Source: an uncultured Gemmatimonadales bacterium
GTDB taxonomy: Bacteria; Gemmatimonadota; Gemmatimonadetes; Longimicrobiales; RSA9
Direction: 5' to 3'
DNA: 64,000 nucleotides
Assembly (NCBI GenBank): GCA_963708135.1
Contig: OY970192.1
Span: 1,568,001 to 1,632,000, forward strand
Of the stretch, positions 33,078 through 41,994 are shown one piece after another (positions within the stretch are counted from its first letter, which is position 1; each line of letters begins with the position of its first letter). Below the pieces are notes generated by a model, which saw only the letters and a program-made list of their open reading frames with translations, searched no databases and was not told the origin of the DNA. The translations under genes were made by a program, and so were the position numbers.

Positions 33078-33768
33078 CGGCCTGGTCCAGGGTGAGGGTG
33101 AGCTCCCGGAAGGCGGTCCAGTCACGGTACACGGCCTTTCGGGGCAGCCCGAGCGGTCCGCCCGCATCGAGCTCGACGGTCTGCCGGCCGGAGGGGCCGG
33201 TCCATTCGGCCCTCCGCAGGCGGAACCGATCGAAGGAGAAGCGCCAGTGGTCGTCGCCGCGGGCGAAGTCGAGCTCGAGCGCGCCGTCGCTGCCGAGGTG
33301 GCTCGCGACGAGCGGCTCGGCCGGGGCCTGGAACACCCCGAGCGAGCTCCAGAGGAAGGCAGGCGGCGGGACGGGCGCGTCCGCACCTGCGCCGGGCGGC
33401 AGACGCAGGTCCATGCCCACGAGGCCCGCGGCGAGGTAGGTCTCACCGCGCGGCCCGAAGAGATCGAGGCGCGCGTGGTAGGGCGGCTCGACGCGGGCGG
33501 CGCCGCGACCGCCGAAGCGGGCGTCGCGGTCCGTGAGCTTCCAGTCGAAGCGGATCCGCACGGGGGTGCGGGGCGCGGTGGAGTCCTCGGCCGCACGGAC
33601 GAGGGTTGTGTCCGCGGACGCGGTGGCCGCGGCGGCGGCGGCGGGCGGCGGATTGCCGCCGCACGCGGCGAGCGTCCCGGCGCTCAGGACGGCGAGCAGG
33701 GCTCGGGCCGCGCCCCGCGGCGGAAGAGTGTGGGCGGGCCGGCGGCCCGCGTCGATCGCGTTTCGCAT
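33028..33768 (-). CDS. Hypothetical lipoprotein, possibly LolA/LolB-like fold
   Basis: Lipobox LAAC and a beta-rich body containing ARLDLFGPRGET. The fold call is inference. Confidence 0.7.
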   Translation of the reverse strand: MRNAIDAGRRPAHTLPPRGAARALLAVLSAGTLAACGGNPPPAAAAAATASADTTLVRAAEDSTAPRTPVRIRFDWKLTDRDARFGGRGAARVEPPYHARLDLFGPRGETYLAAGLVGMDLRLPPGAGADAPVPPPAFLWSSLGVFQAPAEPLVASHLGSDGALELDFARGDDHWRFSFDRFRLRRAEWTGPSGRQTVELDAGGPLGLPRKAVYRDWTAFRELTLTLDQADEVDAFPSAIWTPGGN

Positions 33769-33809
33769 CGGGGAAGAGTAACCCCGGACCCCGCCGTCGT
33801 TCCACCGGC

Positions 33810-36803
33810 TCAGTAGTCGAAGCCGATGAAGAGGGTGGCGAAGTGGTGGTCGAAGGAGCTGCGGCGGAAGACGAGGGGCGGGCGGTCGCCGAGGGCGAAG
33901 CGGCGCCCGATGTCGAAGCGGACGACGAAGGGGCCGCCGAGCGGCATGCGGAGCGCGCCGCCGTAGCTGCCCCAGGCGCCGTCGGGCTGCTGCCTCTCGA
34001 GCCAGCTCGAGCCGAGGTCGGCGAAGAGGGCGCCCTGGATGCCCGGGAGGGTCAGGCGGCCGAAGGGGAAGTCGAGGCCGATCCCGTGGAGCAGCGGAAA
34101 GCGCCATTCCTGGTTGAGGAGGAGGAGGCGCGAGCCGGCGAGCGAGAATCGGGGATAGCCGCGCAGCGCCATCGGGCCGCCGAGCACCTCGCGCTCGGGG
34201 ATCGCCCCGGCACTGAGGAAGGCATAGGCTCGGACGGCGTAGGCGCTGCGCAGGCTGGTGCGGATGTAGTGCCGGAAGTCCGCGCTGAGCGAGTAGCTCT
34301 CCACGAGGGCGTGACCGGCGCCGAGGGTGCCGAGGCTGTCGATGGGGAGCTGGCACGCGAAGCAGCCGACGAGCCCGGCCGTGAGGTTGAAGCGCCCGCC
34401 GTCGATGGGGCCGGTCGGGAGCCAGAGGGTGTTGTCCTTGACGTAGGAGAGATAGCCGCTCGCCAGGTCGCCGCGGCGGGTGAGGCTGCGGGGATCCTTG
34501 CGGGTGTCCTGGTCGAGGAGCAGGTCGCGGTAGAACTCGGAGACGTCGACGCGGTCGCTGCGCTGCAGCCGCAGCTGGGCCTCGATGCGGCGGAACTTGG
34601 AGAGCGGATAGGCGCCGAGCAGGAACCCGCCGTAGGTGTTCTCGTCGTAGACGTACCAGGCGACGTCGCGGAAGAGTCCGCGGTATCGGAAGGCGCCGGC
34701 GCCCCAGTTGAGCCGGTGCTTCAGGTTCACGTAGGAGAGCTGGCCGCTGAAATTGTCCACGAGCTGGCTGAGGCTGGCCGCCTGGAAGGCGGAGATGCCG
34801 GCGAAGATCAGATGGTCTCCAAGCAGATCCGAGGCGACGAACTGCACGCCCTGGGAGTTGCCGTAGCCGGGCGAGACCGCGGCCTCGGCGCCGGCGAAGT
34901 CGATGGACATCTTCTTCCACTGGCGGTACGGCGCCGCGCGGGCGGTGCGAACGGCGGGCTTCTGGATGTCCTCCCACTCCCAGCCGATGGGCGCGACGCC
35001 GACGGAATCCGCGGGAGCGTTGCCGCCGGTGGCGGCCAGCAGGGGCCCGGCGGGCGGAGGCGCGAGCGCGACGGCAGGGGCACTCGCGCTGTCGGCGCCG
35101 AAGGCGAGGTGGTAGATGCCGAAGGTCTGGCCGGAGAAGCCGGCGAAGACGAGGCCGCGGTCGTCGGGGAGCCACGCGGGATCGAACGCTCCGCCGGCGA
35201 GGTGCGTCAGGCGGCGGCCGGTACCGGCGGCATCGACGGCGTAGAGGTCGTAGAAGCCGGAGCGGTCGGAGCTGAACGCGATGCGCCTCCCGTCATGGGA
35301 CCAGTGCGGGTTCTGGTCGTGCCAGCGCCCGAAAGTGAGGTAGCGGATACGGCCGGAGCCGAGATCGTAGAGGAAGAGATTCGTGTCGCCGTCGCGGCCC
35401 GAGGCGGTGCGGTCGGAGGCAAAGACGATGGTCGAGCCGTCGGGCGACCAGTCGGGGTCCTCGTCGCGGTAGCGGTCGTCGGTCAGCGCGGCGCGCGCGC
35501 CGGTGCCGACGTCGAGCGTGTAGAGGTCGGAGAAGCCGGTCTCGGAGATGCCCTCGAAGACGAGGCGCGTGCCGGTGGGGTCCCAGGCGGGGGAGCGCAG
35601 GCCGACGAGGTCCGGCCACTCGAAGCGCGCCACGACGGCGCGGCGGCGGGTGTCGAAGATGACGAGCGCGTCGCGGTCCTGGGAGCGGGCGACGAGGGCC
35701 ACCCTGCCGCCGGCGTTCACGTCGATGCGCGACTCGTAGGCGTGCAGCGACTCGAGCCCGGCACTGCGCTCGCCCTCGAGGATGGCGTGGACGCCCTTCT
35801 CGCCCCGGTCGAGGCGGGTCTCGTAGAGGTCGGTGTAGCCATCGCGCGGCGAGAGGAACAGCACGCGAGGCATGGAATCGCCGGCCGGCACATAGACGAT
35901 CGGCTTGAAGTTGGCGCCGCGGTCGGCCACGACGCGCGCGCCGACGTCGAGCGGCGGCCGGTCCGCATAGACGGGAAAGAAGCGCTTCTGGAGCGCGTAC
36001 TTCCACTCGCGCGAAAGCTGCTCGAGGCTCTCCCCGAACACGGCCTCGAGGGTCTTCTCGAAGGAGTCGTACTTCCAGAAGTCCCGGTAGACGCGGTCGA
36101 TGTACTGCTCACCGAAGCGGGCGGCGAGGTACTTGTGCAGCTCCGCGCCGAGCGGGTAGGCGGCATAGGCGTACATGCGCGAGAACTGCTGGATGGTGGG
36201 GAGCTCGTCGTGGAGGACCATGTCCCGCACGTACATCTCGTCCTCGGCCGTCTGCTCGCTCGACCAGTACTCGGCGAGCCCCTCGGTCCACCACTGGATC
36301 TCCTGCGGGGTAATGCGGTGAGCCCGCGGATGCTCGCGCTCGACCTCAAGGATCTCCGAGATCTGGAACGCGTGCACCAGCTCATGGCGCAGCGTGTGGC
36401 GGAACTGCTCGTAATCGCCGCGGAACGGCAGGGCGACGCGGCGCTTCAGGTACTCGGTGAAGCCGAGCACGCCCTCGGGGATGAACCCGGGCAGCAGGTT
36501 GGTCTGCTCGAAATCCTGGTCCGAGGCGTAGACGATCAGCGGGATGCGCGCCTCGGGGTGGTGACTGAACCTGCGCTCGAGGAGCACGTAGCTCTCCTCG
36601 CCGTATGCGAGGGCGAGTCGGGCGACGGTCTCCTCCGCCGGGTAGTAGTAGACGTCCAGGTGGGGCGAGGAGAGCACCTGCCAGTGGAAGTCGCGGTACT
36701 GGACCTTGTTCTTGCCGAACGCGCCCATCTGCGCCGCCGCGGGAGGGGCGGCGGCCAGGAGCAGGAGCACGGAGAGGAGCCAGTGTCGCTTCGTGGGAAT
36801 CAT
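33810..36803 (-). CDS. Omp85-family protein with N-terminal HExxH metallopeptidase-like domain and PD40 (TolB-like) repeats
   Basis: Signal peptide; HELVH...WWTEGLAEY; PD40 repeats (PAWDP, PDWSPDG, PHWSHDG, PAWLPD); barrel with LRGY, ALFADLG and terminal IGFDY. Confidence 0.85.
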   Translation of the reverse strand: MIPTKRHWLLSVLLLLAAAPPAAAQMGAFGKNKVQYRDFHWQVLSSPHLDVYYYPAEETVARLALAYGEESYVLLERRFSHHPEARIPLIVYASDQDFEQTNLLPGFIPEGVLGFTEYLKRRVALPFRGDYEQFRHTLRHELVHAFQISEILEVEREHPRAHRITPQEIQWWTEGLAEYWSSEQTAEDEMYVRDMVLHDELPTIQQFSRMYAYAAYPLGAELHKYLAARFGEQYIDRVYRDFWKYDSFEKTLEAVFGESLEQLSREWKYALQKRFFPVYADRPPLDVGARVVADRGANFKPIVYVPAGDSMPRVLFLSPRDGYTDLYETRLDRGEKGVHAILEGERSAGLESLHAYESRIDVNAGGRVALVARSQDRDALVIFDTRRRAVVARFEWPDLVGLRSPAWDPTGTRLVFEGISETGFSDLYTLDVGTGARAALTDDRYRDEDPDWSPDGSTIVFASDRTASGRDGDTNLFLYDLGSGRIRYLTFGRWHDQNPHWSHDGRRIAFSSDRSGFYDLYAVDAAGTGRRLTHLAGGAFDPAWLPDDRGLVFAGFSGQTFGIYHLAFGADSASAPAVALAPPPAGPLLAATGGNAPADSVGVAPIGWEWEDIQKPAVRTARAAPYRQWKKMSIDFAGAEAAVSPGYGNSQGVQFVASDLLGDHLIFAGISAFQAASLSQLVDNFSGQLSYVNLKHRLNWGAGAFRYRGLFRDVAWYVYDENTYGGFLLGAYPLSKFRRIEAQLRLQRSDRVDVSEFYRDLLLDQDTRKDPRSLTRRGDLASGYLSYVKDNTLWLPTGPIDGGRFNLTAGLVGCFACQLPIDSLGTLGAGHALVESYSLSADFRHYIRTSLRSAYAVRAYAFLSAGAIPEREVLGGPMALRGYPRFSLAGSRLLLLNQEWRFPLLHGIGLDFPFGRLTLPGIQGALFADLGSSWLERQQPDGAWGSYGGALRMPLGGPFVVRFDIGRRFALGDRPPLVFRRSSFDHHFATLFIGFDY

Positions 36804-36816
36804 GGGATGCTGCGCT

Positions 36817-39048
36817 TCATTGGATGGCTTCGATCGCCTGGATGCCGTCGCCCTGAACGACCCGGTCGACGACATCCATTCCCGCCGTGACGTGGCCGAA
36901 GACGGTATACCCGCCGTCGAGGTGCGGCTGCGGCGAGTGCGTGATGAAGAACTGGCTGCCGCCGGTGTCGGGGCCCGCCAGCGCCATGCCGAGCGCGCCG
37001 CGGTCGTAGGGCAGTGGGTTCATCTCGTCACGAATGCTGTACCCCGGCCCACCGTTCCCGTCCCCGCGTGGATCGCCGTCCTGTATCACGAAATTGGCGA
37101 CGACGCGATGCCAGCGTGCGCCGTCGAAGTACCGCCGGCGCACGAGGCGCAGGAAGTTGTCCGTGGTCCGGGGCGCTTCCGACCCCGCCAGGGCGAGGAC
37201 GATCTCGCCGCCGGCGGTACGTATGCGGACGGCGGGGTCCGGGGCGCCCTGGAGCGCGGGAACGATGTAGCGGCGCACGAGCGTCTCGTAGTCGGCCGCC
37301 GTGCGGCCGGCCGCGGCCGGCCATGCGGGGGGCCAGGATCCAGCGCCGAGCTCATGCTGCGCCTCGCGCCGCACGAGCGGGTCCGGGCTCGCCGGGAAGC
37401 GGAGATAGAAGCTGCGGGCGACCGGAACACCGTCCCGTGCCAGCGCGCCGAGGGCGTCGATCGCAGCGAGGGCGGCGTCATCGAGGGTGTCGGCGCGCGC
37501 GCGGGCGTATGCGTCGAGGAGCACGCCCAGGTCTCCAGGACGGGCGCGGCGCTCCAGCCCCTTCAACGCGTTGGCACGCACGATCGGATCCGGGGCCCCG
37601 ACCTCCTGCAGAAACAACGTGTAAGCGGCATCGATCGTGTCTCCCACCAGGGCGACGGCGCTCTCGAGCGCTGCGGCCGCGACGCGGGGATCGGCATCCT
37701 CGGCGAGCTCGCGGACGAGAGAGGCCTCGCCCGACCAGCGGCCCCCGGCGAGGGCGCGGGCGGCGTAGAGACGGGCGCGCCAGTCGGCTGCGCCGGCGAG
37801 CTGCGCGGCGCGGGCGACCCCCCGGGCGGGATCGAGCCGGACCAGGGAGGCGAGCGCCGCGCCGCGGAGCGCCAGCCGCGGGGAATCCCGGCCCACGACC
37901 GCCTCCAGGGGCACGGCGGCGGCGGGAGCGGACAGCGATCCCAGCGTCTCGGCGGCGGTGATGGCCAGGTTGTCGTCGGCACCGGCGAGGAGAGGCGCGA
38001 GGAGCGGAACCAGGGCGGGGTCGTGGTAGGAGCCGAGGGCCCGGATGGCGTTGGTGCGCACCCCGGCGTCCGGATCGGCCACCGCGGCGCGGAGCGCGAC
38101 CTCGGCCGCGCGGCGCAGGCCGGCGGAGTCGGCGAGCGCGGCGCGGAGGCCGCGGGCGGCGAACGACCGCACGAGAGCGTCGGGGTCCCGCATGGCGGCC
38201 AGGAGCGCGGGGGCGGCGGCGGGACCGCCGAGGCGCATGAGCGCGTAGACGGCGCGCCAGCGGGTGTCCGCCCGCGCGGCGCGAGTGAACGGAAGCACGA
38301 GCGCGAGCGCGCGTGGGCGGGGACCGAAGCGCCAGGCCGCGAGGAGCGCTGCGTGCAGCACGGAGTCGGGGCGTGGGGTCGGACCCGCACCCGCGGGGCC
38401 GCGTGCACCGGGCTGAGCGGTGGCGGCGCGGGAAAGCACCCCCGCGACCGCCTCGAAGGCCCCGGAGCCGCCGATCCATCCGAGCGCGGTGACCGCCCGC
38501 GCGGCGGGGGTGGCCGGGGCGGGGCCGGGGGCGGCGCCGCGAGGCCCCGAGGGCGCGGCGGGCTCCGTGGCGCCGGGTGCCGGGCCGGGGAGGGCCAGCT
38601 CGGCCAGGCCGCGGACGACCATGGCGCTCGTGTCCTTCAGGAGGCCGAGGGCGAAGGCGGCATCCGCCCGGACGGCGGCCGCGCCATCCCCGAGCGCGGC
38701 AAGGAGGAGTGGCTCGGCGCGGCGGTCGCCGATGCGGCCGGCGGCCAGGACCGCGCGGCGGCGCACCTCGGGGGAAGCGGACGCGAGCAGTCGGCGGAGA
38801 GTGTCCGGCTCGAGCGCGTGCCGGTCCTCCATCGCGATGGCGCTGGCCACGTCCGTGATCTCCGCCGCCGACAGCACGACCACGGGCCGCGGCGCCGGGG
38901 CGGGCGGCGGCGCGGGGCGAGCGCAGGCCAGGACGAGAAGGAGGTACGGGGTGCAGCGGGCGCGGCGGATGCGCTCAGCGGCCCGTCCTCCCGAGCGCGA
39001 TCTCGAGGCGGGCGCGGAAATCCGGCGGGAGCGTGCGAAGTGAGCCAT
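36817..39048 (-). CDS. HEAT-repeat protein with C-terminal cyclophilin-type PPIase (probable lipoprotein)
   Basis: Repeats of D.D..VR..A..ALG; HRVVANFVIQDGDP, GMALAGPDTGGSQFFI and HLDGGYTVFG; LLLVLAC near the N-terminus. Start uncertain. Confidence 0.88.
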   Translation of the reverse strand: MAHFARSRRISAPASRSRSGGRAAERIRRARCTPYLLLVLACARPAPPPAPAPRPVVVLSAAEITDVASAIAMEDRHALEPDTLRRLLASASPEVRRRAVLAAGRIGDRRAEPLLLAALGDGAAAVRADAAFALGLLKDTSAMVVRGLAELALPGPAPGATEPAAPSGPRGAAPGPAPATPAARAVTALGWIGGSGAFEAVAGVLSRAATAQPGARGPAGAGPTPRPDSVLHAALLAAWRFGPRPRALALVLPFTRAARADTRWRAVYALMRLGGPAAAPALLAAMRDPDALVRSFAARGLRAALADSAGLRRAAEVALRAAVADPDAGVRTNAIRALGSYHDPALVPLLAPLLAGADDNLAITAAETLGSLSAPAAAVPLEAVVGRDSPRLALRGAALASLVRLDPARGVARAAQLAGAADWRARLYAARALAGGRWSGEASLVRELAEDADPRVAAAALESAVALVGDTIDAAYTLFLQEVGAPDPIVRANALKGLERRARPGDLGVLLDAYARARADTLDDAALAAIDALGALARDGVPVARSFYLRFPASPDPLVRREAQHELGAGSWPPAWPAAAGRTAADYETLVRRYIVPALQGAPDPAVRIRTAGGEIVLALAGSEAPRTTDNFLRLVRRRYFDGARWHRVVANFVIQDGDPRGDGNGGPGYSIRDEMNPLPYDRGALGMALAGPDTGGSQFFITHSPQPHLDGGYTVFGHVTAGMDVVDRVVQGDGIQAIEAIQ

Positions 39049-39409
39049 TCGAGTCGAGCGCGATCAGGCTGGTGGTTGCGGTGGCGAGGCGACGCGGCTC
39101 GGGCTCGAGACGCAGGATCTCGTAGCCGAAGGTGACGCCGCGGGACTGCACGCGCTCGAGCCAGGTGCGAACGCGGATGAGGTCGTCGTAGCGGGCGCCG
39201 GCGTGGTAGCGGACCCGGACGTCGGAGACGGCCAGGAACAGGCCCTGGCGCTCGAGCTGCGCGTAGGTGACGCCATGGCCGCGGATGAAGTCCGTGCGGC
39301 CGATCTCACACCAGACGAGATAGTTCGCATGGTACGCCACGCCCATCTGGTCGGTCTCGGCGTAGCGGACGCGGAGCTCCGAGGCGGCGACGTGGGGGCC
39401 TTCGGTCAT
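38975..39409 (-). CDS. Acyl-CoA thioesterase (YbgC/4HBT family)
   Basis: RVRYAETDQMGVAYHANYLVWCEIGRT. Confidence 0.92.
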   Translation of the reverse strand: MTEGPHVAASELRVRYAETDQMGVAYHANYLVWCEIGRTDFIRGHGVTYAQLERQGLFLAVSDVRVRYHAGARYDDLIRVRTWLERVQSRGVTFGYEILRLEPEPRRLATATTSLIALDSNGSLRTLPPDFRARLEIALGRTGR

Positions 39410-41994
39410 TCGCCGTAGGGCACCCAGATGTTCTTCACCTGCGTGGCCTCGCGCAGGAACTCCTGTCCCCCGCCCTGGCGCGCGTCGGTCCAGTCCCGGT
39501 CATGGCCGCAGGACACCCAGGTTCGCTTCATGTTGCCGGCGGAGAGGCGCTCGACCTCGGCGCAGCCTTCGCGCGGGCCGAAGTACCAGACCGCGTCCAC
39601 GTCGTCGTGGGCGGCCAGGACGGGCGCGAGCTCATCGCGGCGGCCGGTCACGATGTTCAGGACGCCGCCGGGCAGGTCGGAGGTGTCGAGGACCTGGTAC
39701 AGGTCCGTGGCCGCGAGCGGCCCGCGCTCGGACGGCACGGCGACGACGGTGTTGCCGAGCGCCACCGGCGGGATCACCGTCGCGACGAACCCGAGGAGCG
39801 GCATCTCGGTCGGGCAGACCACGCCCACCACGCCGATCGGCTCGGGCATGGCGAGGGTGACGTTGCGGAACGGCGTGTGGTGCACGGCGCCGTCCCACTT
39901 GTCGGCCCAGGCGGCGTAGTCGAAGAGGCGACGGACGGCGAGGTCGACCTCGCGGGCGGCGGCGGCGGCGTCGCATGCGCTCATGGTCCGCAGGCGGGAG
40001 GCGAATTCCTCGGCGCGGGCGGCGAGGTTCTCGGCGACGTAGAAGAGGACCTGCGCGCGGTTGTGCGCGGTGGCGCGGGCCCAGCCGGCGGCCTTGTGGG
40101 CGGCCTCGACGGCGTTTCTGATGTCCTTGCGGTTGCCGTGGCCGACCTCGCCGACGAGGGTGCCATCGGGAGCGAGGACGGGAAGGCTGTGGCCCTGGTC
40201 GGGACGGGCCTGCCTGCCGCCGATGTAGAGCTTCGGGGTGCGGTCGATTCCCGGCCCCGCCACCCCGCCGGAGTGGGAGAGTGGGAGAGTGGGGGACCGG
40301 GGCGACGTGCCGGGCGCGGACGGGGCATCGGCCGATCCGGCGTCGAGGGCGGCCGCGTGCTTCGCGGCGGCGGCACTTGTCCCGGCGGCGGCGTTCTTCG
40401 CGGCCGCTTCCTGCTGCGCGGCGCTGGCTCGCGGCGCGGCTGCCTCTCTCTTCGCGCCCGAGTCCCTCGCGGCGACGGACTGGGGCGCGGGCTCTTCGCG
40501 CTCGGCCTGCCACTTCGGCTTCACGTACTCCCAGAGGCCTTCCCTGCCGCCCTCGCGGCCGAAGCCGGACTCGCGATAGCCGCCGAAGCCGGAGGCGGCG
40601 TCGAAGACGTTGGTGCAGTTCACCCAGACGGTGCCGGCCTTGATCTTCGGGGCGATGTCGAGGGCGAGGTTGACGTTCTCGGTCCAGACGCTGGCGGCAA
40701 GGCCGTAGCGGGTGTTGTTGGCGAGGGCGACGGACTCCTCGGGCGTGCGGAAGGTCATGAGCACGATCACGGGCCCGAAGATCTCCTCCTGCGCGATGGT
40801 GGCCGCGGGTGAGACGCCGGTGAAGAGCGTCGGTTTGAAGAAGCAGCCCTCGGGCGGGCAGTCCCAGGAGGGCTGCCACATGGTGGCACCCTCTTCCCTG
40901 CCCCGGGCGACGAGGCGCTCGATCTTCTCGAGCTGGACGGGCGCGATGATGGCGCCGATGTCGGTGGCCTTGTCGAGCGGGTCGCCGACGCGGAGCGTCT
41001 CCATGCGGGCGCGCAGCTTCCTCACGAGCGCGTCGGCCACACCCTCCTGCACGAGGATGCGCGAGCCGGCGCAGCAGACCTGGCCCTGGTTGAACCAGAT
41101 GGCGTCCACGACGCCCTCGACCACACTGTCGAGGTCGGCATCCTCGTAGACGAGAAACGGCGACTTGCCGCCGAGCTCGAGCGAGAGGCGCTTGCCGCTG
41201 CCGGCCGTGGCCGTGCGGATGATGCGGCCGACCTCGGTCGAGCCGGTGAAGGCGATCTTGTCGACGTCCGGATGCTCGACGAGGAGCGCGCCCGTGCGGC
41301 CATCGCCGGTGATGACGTTGACGACGCCGTCCGGGAGGCCCACTTCGCGACAGGTTTCGGCGAAGAGGAGCGCCGTGAGCGGCGTGAACTCGGCCGGCTT
41401 GAGCACCACGGTGTTACCCATGGCCAGCGCGGGCGCGACCTTCCAGGCCAGCATGAGGAGCGGGAAGTTCCACGGGATGATCTGCCCGACGACGCCGACG
41501 GCGGTCGTGTCGCGGAGCTCGGCGTCGGCGGCCATGAGCTGGGCCCAGCCGGCGTGGTGGTAGAAGTGCCGGGCGACGAGCGGGATGTCGATGTCGCGGC
41601 TCTCGCGGATCGGCTTGCCGTTGTCGAGGGACTCGAGGACGGCGAAGAGTCGCGAGTGCTTCTGGACCTGGCGGGCGAGGGCGTAGAGCCAGCGGGCGCG
41701 GGCGTGGCCGTCGGCGTCGCGCCAGGCGGGCAGCGCCGCGCGGGCGGCCGCGACGGCGGCGTCGACGTCGCCGGCGCCGGCCTGTGCGATGCGCGCGAGG
41801 GGCCGAGCGTCGGACGGGTTCGTGGTATCGAAGGACTCGCCGGAGGCGGCCTCCCTCCAGGCGCCGCCGATGAAGAGGCCGAAGGCGCGCTCGCGGGCAT
41901 CCAGCCACTGGCGGGCGGGCGCGACGCTCTCCGGGGCGGGGCCGTACTCGAGAGTCTCGAAGATCTCAGCGACGTTCACCGTGTCTGCCTTCAT
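39406..41994 (-). CDS. Two-domain aldehyde dehydrogenase (ALDH16-like)
   Basis: IIPWNFP, FTGST, LELGGKSP, GQVCCAG and EEIFGPV, followed by a second truncated ALDH domain. ATG overlaps the deoC stop. Confidence 0.92.
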   Translation of the reverse strand: MKADTVNVAEIFETLEYGPAPESVAPARQWLDARERAFGLFIGGAWREAASGESFDTTNPSDARPLARIAQAGAGDVDAAVAAARAALPAWRDADGHARARWLYALARQVQKHSRLFAVLESLDNGKPIRESRDIDIPLVARHFYHHAGWAQLMAADAELRDTTAVGVVGQIIPWNFPLLMLAWKVAPALAMGNTVVLKPAEFTPLTALLFAETCREVGLPDGVVNVITGDGRTGALLVEHPDVDKIAFTGSTEVGRIIRTATAGSGKRLSLELGGKSPFLVYEDADLDSVVEGVVDAIWFNQGQVCCAGSRILVQEGVADALVRKLRARMETLRVGDPLDKATDIGAIIAPVQLEKIERLVARGREEGATMWQPSWDCPPEGCFFKPTLFTGVSPAATIAQEEIFGPVIVLMTFRTPEESVALANNTRYGLAASVWTENVNLALDIAPKIKAGTVWVNCTNVFDAASGFGGYRESGFGREGGREGLWEYVKPKWQAEREEPAPQSVAARDSGAKREAAAPRASAAQQEAAAKNAAAGTSAAAAKHAAALDAGSADAPSAPGTSPRSPTLPLSHSGGVAGPGIDRTPKLYIGGRQARPDQGHSLPVLAPDGTLVGEVGHGNRKDIRNAVEAAHKAAGWARATAHNRAQVLFYVAENLAARAEEFASRLRTMSACDAAAAAREVDLAVRRLFDYAAWADKWDGAVHHTPFRNVTLAMPEPIGVVGVVCPTEMPLLGFVATVIPPVALGNTVVAVPSERGPLAATDLYQVLDTSDLPGGVLNIVTGRRDELAPVLAAHDDVDAVWYFGPREGCAEVERLSAGNMKRTWVSCGHDRDWTDARQGGGQEFLREATQVKNIWVPYGE
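40271..40294. repeat. 8-bp tandem repeat x3 inside the ALDH interdomain linker
   Basis: GAGTGGGA GAGTGGGA GAGTGGGG; 24 bp, so the frame is preserved (encodes PTLPLSHS). Confidence 0.7.
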
